Of a DNA stretch of 64,000 bases, positions 18,926 through 28,627 are shown one piece after another (within the stretch, counting starts at the first letter, position 1; the number at the start of each line of letters is the position of its first letter). The notes below the pieces were generated by a model. The model was not told where the DNA came from and did no database searches. It worked only from the letters and a program-made list of their open reading frames with translations. The DNA is from an uncultured Pelagibacteraceae bacterium. Lineage in GTDB: Bacteria > Pseudomonadota > Alphaproteobacteria > Pelagibacterales > Pelagibacteraceae. The DNA lies in assembly GCA_902528135.1 (NCBI GenBank), contig CABZRS010000002.1, forward strand, positions 15,409-79,408. Direction: 5' to 3'. A program made the position numbers and the translations under genes.

Positions 18926-19936
18926 ATGGATTTATTAAATGCAGTAATTGTATTACTTAATTATACGATTATCCCAGCTTTAACATATGGTTCACAATTA
19001 GCTCTTGGAGCAATATTTGTAACTTTGATTTATGGGATTTTACGATTTGCAAACTTTGCAACAGGAGACATGATGTCATTTGGTACAATGTTTGCAGTAC
19101 TTCTAACTTATTATTTTCAGTCTATAGGAATAAATTTTGGGTTTTTGCCAACTGCATTACTTACAATTCCATTCGCAATTATAATGATGATACTTTACAT
19201 GTTATTGATTGATAAGACAGTTTTTAATTATTATAGAATAAAAAAAAGTCCTCCTGTTCAATTAGCAATGGTAAGTGTTGGAGTGATGTTTGTAACTCAA
19301 GCAATTATTAGAATAATTATTGGTCCAATGGATAGAAGATTTTTAGATGGTGAAAAATTTATAATTAAAGCATCTGAATTTAAAGAAATGACAGGTCTTG
19401 CTGAAGGCTTAACAATTAAATCAACTCAAATGATAACAATTGTTGTAACAATAATTGTTGTTGCAATTATGTTTTGGTTTTTAAATAAAACCAAAACTGG
19501 AACAAGTATGAGAGCATACTCTGATAATGAGGATTTAGCTCTTCTCTCAGGAATAGATCCAAAAAAAGTTGTACTTATAACATGGATTATTGCAGGTATA
19601 TTAGCCACAATTGGAGGAATTTTGTATGGTTTAGACAAGAGTTATAGACCTTTTGTCTATTTTAACAATATGTTACCAATATTTGCTGCAGCTATAGTAG
19701 GGGGAATTGGAAATCCATACGGGGCATTTTTTGGTGGATATGTTATTGCATTTGCTGAAATTTTTGTAACTTATGCTTATAAACGGGTTTTAGTTTATCT
19801 ATTACCAGAACCACTTGAGCCCAATTCACTAATGCAACTATTATCAACTGATTACAAGTTTGCAATTTCATTTTCTATATTAGTCATTGTATTAATATTT
19901 AGACCATCAGGAATATTTGAGGGTAAAAGGATATGA
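18926..19936 (+). CDS. livH: Liv-type ABC permease (LivH-like)
   Basis: LIYGILRFANFA, MRAYSDNEDLALLSGI, GGIGNPYGA. Confidence 0.85.
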   Translation: MDLLNAVIVLLNYTIIPALTYGSQLALGAIFVTLIYGILRFANFATGDMMSFGTMFAVLLTYYFQSIGINFGFLPTALLTIPFAIIMMILYMLLIDKTVFNYYRIKKSPPVQLAMVSVGVMFVTQAIIRIIIGPMDRRFLDGEKFIIKASEFKEMTGLAEGLTIKSTQMITIVVTIIVVAIMFWFLNKTKTGTSMRAYSDNEDLALLSGIDPKKVVLITWIIAGILATIGGILYGLDKSYRPFVYFNNMLPIFAAAIVGGIGNPYGAFFGGYVIAFAEIFVTYAYKRVLVYLLPEPLEPNSLMQLLSTDYKFAISFSILVIVLIFRPSGIFEGKRI

Positions 19937-21303
19937 GAAATTATTACAACATAATAGTTGCATACTCAATAATGATGCTACTAATTATTTTAGTTGGAAT
20001 ATTTCAATCATGGTCAATTGCTCTTACAATATTTAATTATTGTATGATCTCTGCAGTAATGACAATGGGTGCAAACATACAGTGGGGTTATGCTGGACTT
20101 ATCAACTTTGGAATTATGGGTTATACCGCGCTTGGAGGTTTAGCAGTTGTTTTGGTGTCTGTTGCTCCAGTCCCAGAGGCTTGGGGTGTAGGAGGTATAA
20201 ACATGTTAGCATGCCTAGGTTTAATTGTATTAATGATTTTATCAGTAAGATATATTTTAAAAAATATCCAAAAATCAAATAAAAGAAATTATTATGTAGC
20301 TGGTGTTATTATAACTGGATTAATATTAATTAAAATTATTTCAGGACCTGCTATAGAACAAATAGAGGCAGTAGATCCAGCAAAGACAGGTTTTCTTGGT
20401 GGGCTTGGAATGCCAGTTTTATTTTCATGGATCGTTGGGGGATTATTTGCAGCTGGTTTAGCGTTTATTGTTGGTAAAGTTGCTCTAGGATTAAGAGCAG
20501 ATTATTTAGCGATAGCTACATTATTAATTGCTGAGATTGTTGTATCAATAATTAAACATGAAGATTGGTTAGCAAGAGGTGTAAAAAATGTAATTGGATT
20601 AAAAAGGCCAGCACCTTACGAAATAGACTTACAAACTTCATCTTGGTTTATTAATTTAGTTGAAAAATTTCATTCAAAAAAACTAGAATTGGTAAGTTCA
20701 TTAACTGAAAGACAGGATTTGTTAAACCAATTAGTAATAGATGCATCTTCGGTTTATGTTAAATTATGCTTTGCTGGATTATTTTTAATTGTAGTAATTA
20801 TTTTGTTAATCATAACTCAAAAAGCTCTTTATTCTCCGTGGGGTAGAATGATGCGTGCAATAAGAGATAATGAAGAAGCAGCTAGTGCTATGGGAAAGAA
20901 TGTTGTAAAACAACATTTATTGATTTTTATCCTTGGTTCAGCAATTGTAGGTATAGCAGGAGCAATGATGGTAACAAATGATGGTTTATTTACTCCAGGA
21001 AGCTATAGACCGATGAGATATACTTTTGTTATTTGGGTAATGGTTATTGTTGGAGGGACTGGTAACAACTTTGGAGCAATTCTTGGTGGATTTGTTGTAT
21101 GGTTCTTATGGGTAGAGGCAGCACCAATTGCTCTTTTCTTCATCAATTTATTCACAGCACATTTACCAGAAACAAATGAAATTAAAGTTCACCTGATTAA
21201 CAGCGCACCTTATTTTAGGTTTTTATTAGTTGGAATAGGATTACTTTTCATAATGAGATTTAGACCTCAAGGATTAATTCCTGAAAAGATTATTAAACAG
21301 TAA
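19933..21303 (+). CDS. livM: Liv-type ABC permease (LivM-like)
   Basis: QWGYAGLINFG, LRADYLAIATL, WGRMMRAIRDNE. Confidence 0.85.
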   Translation: MRNYYNIIVAYSIMMLLIILVGIFQSWSIALTIFNYCMISAVMTMGANIQWGYAGLINFGIMGYTALGGLAVVLVSVAPVPEAWGVGGINMLACLGLIVLMILSVRYILKNIQKSNKRNYYVAGVIITGLILIKIISGPAIEQIEAVDPAKTGFLGGLGMPVLFSWIVGGLFAAGLAFIVGKVALGLRADYLAIATLLIAEIVVSIIKHEDWLARGVKNVIGLKRPAPYEIDLQTSSWFINLVEKFHSKKLELVSSLTERQDLLNQLVIDASSVYVKLCFAGLFLIVVIILLIITQKALYSPWGRMMRAIRDNEEAASAMGKNVVKQHLLIFILGSAIVGIAGAMMVTNDGLFTPGSYRPMRYTFVIWVMVIVGGTGNNFGAILGGFVVWFLWVEAAPIALFFINLFTAHLPETNEIKVHLINSAPYFRFLLVGIGLLFIMRFRPQGLIPEKIIKQ

Positions 21304-21311
21304 TTTTTTAA

Positions 21312-21920
21312 GTGAGTTTTTTAATTTTAGGCTTTTTAACTGGATTAAGTTTGATCTTAGCCTTAGGAGCTCAAAATATTTTTGTAATTGAACAAGGTCT
21401 TAAAAAACAATTTATATTTATAGTTTGTTTAATATGTGCATTGTCTGATTTTCTCTTAATTTTTTTAGGAATATTTTTATTTCAATATTTTGAAAATTTT
21501 TTCTCACAATCAATTGAATTAATCCTTAATATTTTATTACTTTTATTCTTAATCAATTTCATTTGGAAAAAAGTTAAATTATTAAACAAGAAAATTTCAA
21601 TTTATCACACTCAAAATAAGGAAAATTTAGTTAATATAATTTTTAAAACTTTAGGTTTTACTTACCTTAATCCACATGTTTATTCAGACACAGTATTTTT
21701 TTTAGGGAATTTTTCAAAAAATTTTTTATTAGGTCAGAAATACTTGTTTGGGATTGGGGCATCGTTATCATCAATCCTCTTTTTCTTTAGTTTAGGATAT
21801 TTTTCCAAATACTTATCAAGTTATGTGGGTAGCGAAAAGCTATGGAAAATCGTCAATTATTCCATAATATTATTTATGTCTTTGTTATCGCTATATGTTT
21901 TCTTGAGTATTATAAAATAA
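21312..21920 (+). CDS. LysE/ArgO family amino acid exporter
   Basis: GLSLILALGAQNIFVIEQGLKK, TYLNPHVYSDT; GTG start. Confidence 0.85.
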   Translation: MSFLILGFLTGLSLILALGAQNIFVIEQGLKKQFIFIVCLICALSDFLLIFLGIFLFQYFENFFSQSIELILNILLLLFLINFIWKKVKLLNKKISIYHTQNKENLVNIIFKTLGFTYLNPHVYSDTVFFLGNFSKNFLLGQKYLFGIGASLSSILFFFSLGYFSKYLSSYVGSEKLWKIVNYSIILFMSLLSLYVFLSIIK

Positions 21921-21956
21921 AAAACCTCAGCAGTCAGATTTAGCCGCTGAGGTTTA
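21916..21956 (-). terminator. Rho-independent terminator between convergent genes (possibly bidirectional)
   Basis: AAACCTCAGC...GCTGAGGTTT inverted repeat with a U tract on the minus strand. Confidence 0.8.
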
Positions 21957-21967
21957 ATTTAACAAAT

Positions 21968-23158
21968 TTATCTTTGTTTTTTATCTTTGAACTTTCCACC
22001 TTTAATTTCTTTTTCAATAAAGGCACCTGATGCTTCCCCTACATCAGTAAATTCAACACTAGATGCTCCCTCATAGTTAACTGCTTTACCACTAGCAAGT
22101 AAATCTAATGCTTTTTTCAATTCTCCTGGATAAATTTTTTCTCCTGGAGCATTTGCAACAGACATTACATTTGCCTGAACAGTAGCTCTATCAGCTTTTC
22201 CACCAGCTTGCATTGCAAGTACTATCAAAGCTGCAGCATCATAAGACTCTGAAGTATAAGGTCCAGATGAATCAATACCTGCCCCACCAGCTACACCTTT
22301 GAATATTGTAGCACCTTTACCCATTGATCCTGGCAATGATCCAAATGATTTGTTAAGATCATTTCCAAATCTATCAGTTAAAGAGTCACCAATCATTCCA
22401 TCAGATAAAACAAATACGTCAAACGCACCTGAGTCTAATGAACCATCAATTATACTTCCACCAGCTTGGTCTAAATAACCTAAAACAGCTAAAGCATCAC
22501 CACCTGCTGCAGCCAATGTTGCAACTTCAGCACCATAGTCTCCTTTACCTTCTTCGTGAGCTGTAACAACTGTTACGTTTATTCCATGAGCTTTAACAGC
22601 AGCAACATATACATCTGCTAAACCTTTACCGTAATCGTTATTAGTATGTGTAACTGCAATACTTTTTACTTTTCTGTCTTTAGTAATATCCGCTAATACT
22701 TGACCACCCCTTGCGTCAGATGGAGCAGTTCTAAAGAAGTATCCATTATCATTAAGATCAGTTAATCCTGGAGAAGTAGCTGATGGTGAAATCATAACAA
22801 CACCATTTGGAACAGCAACGTTAGTTGCAATAGCTCCAGTGACACCAGAACAATCAGCACCCATAATTGCTACTACACCGCCAGATATTAAACCTTCGGC
22901 AGCAGCTGTCGCAGCAGCTGAGTCAACACAAGTTGAATCTGCTCTTTCAACAGAAATTTTCTTTCCTCCAAGTAATGAACCTGAGTCTGAGGCTTCTTTA
23001 AATGCAAGCTCTGCAGATGCAGCCATAGCTGGAGTTAGGGATTCAATAGGACCTGTAAATCCTAAAATAATTCCCATTTTAATGCCATGTCCATCTGAAT
23101 ATGCTTTAGATGCAAAGCAAGATACAAATACGAACATCGCTAATACTAGTTTTTTCAT
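21968..23158 (-). CDS. Liv-type ABC substrate-binding protein (LivJ/K-like)
   Basis: Signal peptide, GFTGPIESL, ISPSATSP, FFRTAPSD, NNDYGKGL, YDAAAL; GAGGG RBS. Confidence 0.9.
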   Translation of the reverse strand: MKKLVLAMFVFVSCFASKAYSDGHGIKMGIILGFTGPIESLTPAMAASAELAFKEASDSGSLLGGKKISVERADSTCVDSAAATAAAEGLISGGVVAIMGADCSGVTGAIATNVAVPNGVVMISPSATSPGLTDLNDNGYFFRTAPSDARGGQVLADITKDRKVKSIAVTHTNNDYGKGLADVYVAAVKAHGINVTVVTAHEEGKGDYGAEVATLAAAGGDALAVLGYLDQAGGSIIDGSLDSGAFDVFVLSDGMIGDSLTDRFGNDLNKSFGSLPGSMGKGATIFKGVAGGAGIDSSGPYTSESYDAAALIVLAMQAGGKADRATVQANVMSVANAPGEKIYPGELKKALDLLASGKAVNYEGASSVEFTDVGEASGAFIEKEIKGGKFKDKKQR

Positions 23159-23231
23159 ATATTCCCTCTAATTGTTAACAATTTATATAAATAAAATTAA
23201 ATCCTATTGATTTAAATTTTCAATGAGAAAA

Positions 23232-24089
23232 TTATCTCATTTTTTGAGCAAAAAACACTGAAGTAATGACAATTATTCCTCCAATTATTGTTATTAGAGA
23301 TGGAATTTCTCCAAAAATAAAAAAAGTAAGAATTAAACCAAATACAGGGAATAAAGCGTAGAATGGTAATACCATATCAAGAGGATAAAATTTATAAAGA
23401 TAGAACATCATTAAATGTCCAAGCAAAGAAATAATTGCTCCAGCGTATAAAACTGTGAACCAACTTCCTAAACTAATATTTTTTATTGTTTGAAATGTAT
23501 TTCCCTCAAATATTGCAGATAATATTATTAAAATTATAAATCCTGTGAAGCTCATTATAGTATTTGTAAATTTAAGATCTAATTCTTTTAAATATCTGGA
23601 AAATACTTGGGATAGCCCATAGAAAAAAGCCATACCACAAATAAGAAGTGACCCTATTATTTCCTCGACTACTTTTGGGTCGAATGCGAGTATGACAATA
23701 CCAAAAAAAGATATCATAATTAATATCCATTTTTTATAACTTATTTTTTCATTTAAAAATATTGAGCTTAATATAATTCCAAAAGGTATTGAAAGTTGAG
23801 CTCCTATTGTAATTGGTGCAAGTATACTTGATGCATTTATAGATAAATATAAAAACATATTCACTGCAACACCAAAACATAATGAAAACCCAATTAAAGG
23901 AATAATATATTTTTTATCTATACTTTGAATTTTAAAAAACGGAATTAAACAAATAAAAACAATAGCCATTCTTAATGAACCAAAAAGAATTGGTGGAATA
24001 GTATCGTTCAATCCAAGCTTACCAGTTGGATATGCACTTCCTAATAAAAATACAACAAATAAAATAAGTAAAGTATGTTTTGCAGACAA
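23232..24089 (-). CDS. DMT/EamA family transporter
   Basis: About 10 TM segments, PPILFGSLR, two EamA repeats; TTG start. Confidence 0.85.
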   Translation of the reverse strand: MSAKHTLLILFVVFLLGSAYPTGKLGLNDTIPPILFGSLRMAIVFICLIPFFKIQSIDKKYIIPLIGFSLCFGVAVNMFLYLSINASSILAPITIGAQLSIPFGIILSSIFLNEKISYKKWILIMISFFGIVILAFDPKVVEEIIGSLLICGMAFFYGLSQVFSRYLKELDLKFTNTIMSFTGFIILIILSAIFEGNTFQTIKNISLGSWFTVLYAGAIISLLGHLMMFYLYKFYPLDMVLPFYALFPVFGLILTFFIFGEIPSLITIIGGIIVITSVFFAQKMR

Positions 24090-24092
24090 AAA

Positions 24093-25574
24093 TTATCTTA
24101 TAGAGAAAGGATCTAAAGTTGGTTCATCAGATGTGTAATACCAAGTGGTCTTAACTCTAGTATAATCCTTAATTGAGTCCATTCCCGCTTCCTTTCCATA
24201 TCCACTATCTTTAATTCCACCAAAAGGTGCTGAAGGAGAAATCAATCGATAAGTATTTACAAATGTTATACCTGCTCTTATTGCATTAGAAACTCTTAGA
24301 CCTCTTGAGAAGTCACTTGTATAGACCCCAGAAGATAATCCATATTGATTATCGTTCATTTTCTCTATTACCTCTTTTTCTGTATTAAATTTCATAACTG
24401 ATAAAACTGGTCCAAAAAGCTCGTTTTCTGCTGTTGGAAGATTATGATTATCACATTCAATTATTGTAGGAGGAAAGTAGTATCCCTCATTTGAAAATGG
24501 ATGCCTTTCACCGCCACATTTTATTTTTCCACCTTGTTCTGTGGTTTTTTTTATGTTTTTCTCAATAATTTCTAATTGTTTATAATTACTCAAAGGTCCC
24601 ATTTCTGTATCTGGATCCATAGGAGCACCAATTTTTATTTTTTCAGCTCTTGTTGTGAGTTTATCAAGGAACTCATCGTAAATTCCTTTTTGTAGATATA
24701 ACCTTGAACCAGCAATACAACTCTGTCCGCTAGCTCCAAATATTCCTGCAGTAATTCCATTAATAGCATTTTCTTGATGAGCATCATCAAATACTGCAAC
24801 AGGACTTTTTCCTCCAAGTTCTAAGCTTACTTCTGATAAATTTTCTGCTGAATTTCTAATTATATGTCTTGCAGTTTCAGGCCCTCCTGTAAAAGCAACT
24901 TTTTCAACTAAATTATGTGTAGTTAAAGCCTTTCCACATGGGTCTCCAAATCCTGTAATAACATTAACTACTCCTTTAGGAATACCAGTTTCTTCAATAA
25001 GTTTTGCAAATTCAAACATTACAGCTGGAGCAAGTTCTGAGGATTTAATAACCACTGTGTTTCCCATTGCTAAAGCAGGCGCAAGTTTTGTAGCTGTTAA
25101 AAACATTTGAGAATTCCATGGAACAATTGCAGCAATAACACCAATAGGTATTCTTGAAGTTATGGCTTGAATATTTGGTTTATCTATTGGCAGAACTGTG
25201 CCTTCGACCTTGTCTGCCATACCTGCATAATAATCATAATACTCAGCAATATAATTTGCCTGTTTATTTGTTTCTCTATAAAGTTTTCCAGTATCTATAG
25301 TTTCAATTTTGCCAAGTAATTCTGCGTTATCTCTAAGCTTATTTCCAATAGCTCTTAGAAACTTTGCTCTTTCACGCGGTAATATTTTAGGCCAATCTCC
25401 TTCAAAGGCTTTTTGAGCTGCTTGAACTGCTTTATCTACATCAGAAGCACTTGCCTCAGGAACAATAGCCCATGGTTTATTATCCTCCGGATTTAAAGTT
25501 TCAAAAGTTTTTTTAGTATCAGAGTCAACCCATTGTCCCCCTATAAACATTTTATATTTTTTTAATTCAGGCAT
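24093..25574 (-). CDS. Aldehyde dehydrogenase (TgnC-like subfamily)
   Basis: PWNSQ, FTGG, LELGGKSP, GQSCIAGSR, ELFGPV, C-terminal DPFSIR. Confidence 0.9.
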   Translation of the reverse strand: MPELKKYKMFIGGQWVDSDTKKTFETLNPEDNKPWAIVPEASASDVDKAVQAAQKAFEGDWPKILPRERAKFLRAIGNKLRDNAELLGKIETIDTGKLYRETNKQANYIAEYYDYYAGMADKVEGTVLPIDKPNIQAITSRIPIGVIAAIVPWNSQMFLTATKLAPALAMGNTVVIKSSELAPAVMFEFAKLIEETGIPKGVVNVITGFGDPCGKALTTHNLVEKVAFTGGPETARHIIRNSAENLSEVSLELGGKSPVAVFDDAHQENAINGITAGIFGASGQSCIAGSRLYLQKGIYDEFLDKLTTRAEKIKIGAPMDPDTEMGPLSNYKQLEIIEKNIKKTTEQGGKIKCGGERHPFSNEGYYFPPTIIECDNHNLPTAENELFGPVLSVMKFNTEKEVIEKMNDNQYGLSSGVYTSDFSRGLRVSNAIRAGITFVNTYRLISPSAPFGGIKDSGYGKEAGMDSIKDYTRVKTTWYYTSDEPTLDPFSIR

Positions 25575-26340
25575 TTTGTATATGATCTTTAATTGCTTTA
25601 TTTACATCATATGAGCATTCAATACTACATAGATGTTTGCCTACAGGTATTATTTTTACTTCGGAGTTTTTAATTTTTTTGCTCAGATTATCAGACATTT
25701 CGGGTGTTGAGCCTACGTCACCTTCTCCAGTCATCACAAGTGTTTTGACATTAATATTTTCAAATTTTTCGGTATCTTTGTGATTTACAAACAACGAGTA
25801 AACTTTAATAAAGTTGTCCATATTATTATTGTTAAGAATTGAGAAAATTTTATCTGAAATTAGAGGATTTTTCTCAATAAAATCCATATTAAACCATCTT
25901 TTGAGCGCTTCTCTTGTTAGTTTTTTATCTTTTTTTGTTTGTTCAAACCTTTCATTTACTATCTTCTGTTCATTATCAGATCTATTAAATATTGAGCACA
26001 ACAAAGTTAGGGATTTCAATCTATCACAAAATCTCGTTGCAAAGTTTCTTGCAATCAAAGAACCTATTGAAAATCCAATAAGGTGAATTTTACTAAATTT
26101 TAATTCATCAATAAGATCAATAATTTGATCTGAAAAATCATCAAAACTTATTTTTTCTTTATTTAAAGATGTTCTACCGTGTCCAAGGATATCATAAATT
26201 AAAACTGTATTATCAAATTCATTAATTTGTGGATCCCATATATTATGATCAAGACCCACACCATGAATAAATACTATTGGAATTCCTTTTTTTTGATTTA
26301 GTTTATAGAATGTCCCTTTAGAGTCTGTTGCATTGATCAT
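25567..26340 (-). CDS. Alpha/beta hydrolase
   Basis: FIHGVGLD, DILGHG, GFSIG nucleophile elbow, GEGD, KHL. Confidence 0.88.
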   Translation of the reverse strand: MINATDSKGTFYKLNQKKGIPIVFIHGVGLDHNIWDPQINEFDNTVLIYDILGHGRTSLNKEKISFDDFSDQIIDLIDELKFSKIHLIGFSIGSLIARNFATRFCDRLKSLTLLCSIFNRSDNEQKIVNERFEQTKKDKKLTREALKRWFNMDFIEKNPLISDKIFSILNNNNMDNFIKVYSLFVNHKDTEKFENINVKTLVMTGEGDVGSTPEMSDNLSKKIKNSEVKIIPVGKHLCSIECSYDVNKAIKDHIQNA

Positions 26341-26342
26341 TA

Positions 26343-26930
26343 TTATTTTGGTTCAATGCCCATCTCCCTCATATCTTGGTACCTATCACCTGTTCTTGCA
26401 TGAGCTCTACCTGTCGAAGCACCACCAATTGCAATAACAATTTCATCATCAAATGGAGCATCATGAATTGTAAACTCATGTGTAAGATAATATGGTCTTA
26501 AACCAGAGTCTGTTTTGTGCATCATTGGAATAGATATTTTTGATCCAGCCGGACCTCTTGTATTCGTAAAACTTAAATAAGAAGTTCCTCCAACAGCGTC
26601 TCTGAACTTATTACCAAATCTTAATGTATGAATAAATGCTGATGCATGTTCTATTTCTCCTTTTAGTCCAACTACGCCTGCTTTCCCATATGCTAATATT
26701 TTATTAGGCGAGCCTATTTCTTTTATAAGTTCAGGAACCAATAAATCTCCGAGTTTAGGAGCTAGGTCTAAAATAATGGGTTTTAAGTCTTCCACAAAAC
26801 CTTTTCCATCCCAAGGATTTTTAAAAACTGCAGAAACAGAAACCATCAAAACTGGTTCTTTGGCTTCTTTTCTACCTTCAATAAAAGTCTTATCTACAAA
26901 TTTAGTAAACTTACGTAACTCTAATTTCAT
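26343..26930 (-). CDS. Amino acid synthesis family protein (AA_synth/DUF1185, TgnF-like)
   Basis: NPW.G.GFVEDL, YGKAGVVGL.GEIEHA, DAP.DDEIV, GR.HAR.GDR. Confidence 0.85.
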   Translation of the reverse strand: MKLELRKFTKFVDKTFIEGRKEAKEPVLMVSVSAVFKNPWDGKGFVEDLKPIILDLAPKLGDLLVPELIKEIGSPNKILAYGKAGVVGLKGEIEHASAFIHTLRFGNKFRDAVGGTSYLSFTNTRGPAGSKISIPMMHKTDSGLRPYYLTHEFTIHDAPFDDEIVIAIGGASTGRAHARTGDRYQDMREMGIEPK

Positions 26931-28627
26931 TTTTTAACTCTATGTGTAAAGCTATCTCTCCTAAAACTGTATAACGCTTTTGGATCTACATCAACATCTA
27001 TAACAACTGGTTTATTTACTTTTAATGCACTTTTTACTGCCTCATTAACTTCTGACAATTTTTTAACTTTAATTCCTTTAGCACCGTATAGTTTCGCAAC
27101 TTCATCAAAAGGAGGACTTTGAATATCAGCTCCTAAATATCTTTCACCATAGAAATCTTTTTGATAAGCTTTTTCTGCTCCCCAACTCTTATTATTCATT
27201 ACAATTGTAATTGTGTTAATGCCATGCTCTACAGCAGTACTTAATTCAGAAATAGTCATTCCAAATCCACCATCACCCATTAAACTAACAACTGTTTTAT
27301 TAGGTTTTGCAACCTTTATTCCCAAACCACAAGCAAATGAGAAGCCTACTAAACCAAAATCAAGGGGTGTGAAAAGGGAAGGAGGATTGTAATATTCTAA
27401 AGCATCTGTTGCTTGAAGGCAAAGCGTTCCAGCATCAAGTGTTATTGCAGTATTCTTTGGTAATACTTTTCTTAGTTCTTTGAATAGACCATTTGGTTGT
27501 ATTGGAAAATTTTTTGACTTTATATTTTCTCTATCTTTAAGAAATTTTGATCTTTCGAATAAAAAACTATTCGTCCACTCTTTATAATTAAAAATTTTCT
27601 TTTGTTTTCTTAATTCAGCTAAAATTTGATCTGTCACAAGTGCAGCATCACCTTGTATCTTAATGCTCACAGGAAAATACCTCCCTAACATTTTTTTTTC
27701 TAACTCAATTTGTACAATTTTTGCATTTTTATTTAAATTGTCATACGAATAGAATGTAGAATTGAAACCAAGTCTTGTACCAATTGCAATAATTAGCTCT
27801 GCTTCTTTTACTAATCTTGATGCAACAATATTTCCTCTGGGTCCCATTTGTCCAGCATTTAACTTATGATCGAAGGGAATTACATCTCCATGTCCTGCCG
27901 CAGTTACAATTGGAATATTTAAAAATTCAGCAAGTTTTGTTACAGACTTAAATTTTGAATTATATTTTATTCCTCCTCCAGCAACAATTACTGTTTTTTT
28001 TGAGTTTAGAATAAGTTTTATAGTTTTATCAATTGAATTTTTTTTACTTTTTAAGTCACTTTCAGTTTTATAAGATTTTTTATTTTCATTAATCTTAAAC
28101 TTCGAGGTATCAGAAAGAACATTTCTTGGAAGGTTAATACAAACTGGACCTCTACGTGGTGACATCGCAAGTTTAAAAGCTTCACTAAAAGTAGCTGGAA
28201 TATGGCTTGCCTTTTTTACAGTCCAAGTTTTTTTAGTTATTGGATTAAAAAGTGATTGTTGGTCAAGTCCTTGAAAAGCGTCTTCCATCTTGTCTTTAGT
28301 AGAGTATAAACCTGCAATAGATACTACAGGAGAAAATGCTGCTTTTGCTTGCGCTATGCCTGTAACTAGATTAGTTGCTCCCGGACCATTTTGTCCAGCA
28401 ATTATTACACCTGGTTGATTAGAAGCTCTTGCATATCCATCCGCCATATGCGTTCCAGTTCTTTCGTCTCTTACACCTATAAACTTGATTTTCTTTTCAT
28501 GATATAACGCATCAAACATCTCCATTGTAGCTGAACCAATTAAACCAAATACGTGTTTAACTTTTTCTTTTTTTAAGGATTTCACTGCCGCTTGACCACC
28601 GGTCAAGGTATTCTTGGTCTTGATCAC
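26927..28627 (-). CDS. ThDP-dependent enzyme, sulfoacetaldehyde acetyltransferase (Xsc)-like
   Basis: FGLIGSA, HMADGYAR, QNGPG.TN, GDGGFGM...NNKSWGAEK. Confidence 0.75.
   Translation of the reverse strand: MIKTKNTLTGGQAAVKSLKKEKVKHVFGLIGSATMEMFDALYHEKKIKFIGVRDERTGTHMADGYARASNQPGVIIAGQNGPGATNLVTGIAQAKAAFSPVVSIAGLYSTKDKMEDAFQGLDQQSLFNPITKKTWTVKKASHIPATFSEAFKLAMSPRRGPVCINLPRNVLSDTSKFKINENKKSYKTESDLKSKKNSIDKTIKLILNSKKTVIVAGGGIKYNSKFKSVTKLAEFLNIPIVTAAGHGDVIPFDHKLNAGQMGPRGNIVASRLVKEAELIIAIGTRLGFNSTFYSYDNLNKNAKIVQIELEKKMLGRYFPVSIKIQGDAALVTDQILAELRKQKKIFNYKEWTNSFLFERSKFLKDRENIKSKNFPIQPNGLFKELRKVLPKNTAITLDAGTLCLQATDALEYYNPPSLFTPLDFGLVGFSFACGLGIKVAKPNKTVVSLMGDGGFGMTISELSTAVEHGINTITIVMNNKSWGAEKAYQKDFYGERYLGADIQSPPFDEVAKLYGAKGIKVKKLSEVNEAVKSALKVNKPVVIDVDVDPKALYSFRRDSFTHRVKK

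Noticed and set aside
22839-23171. 110-aa Ala/Ser-rich + strand ORF
   Set aside because: Antisense shadow of the Liv SBP gene
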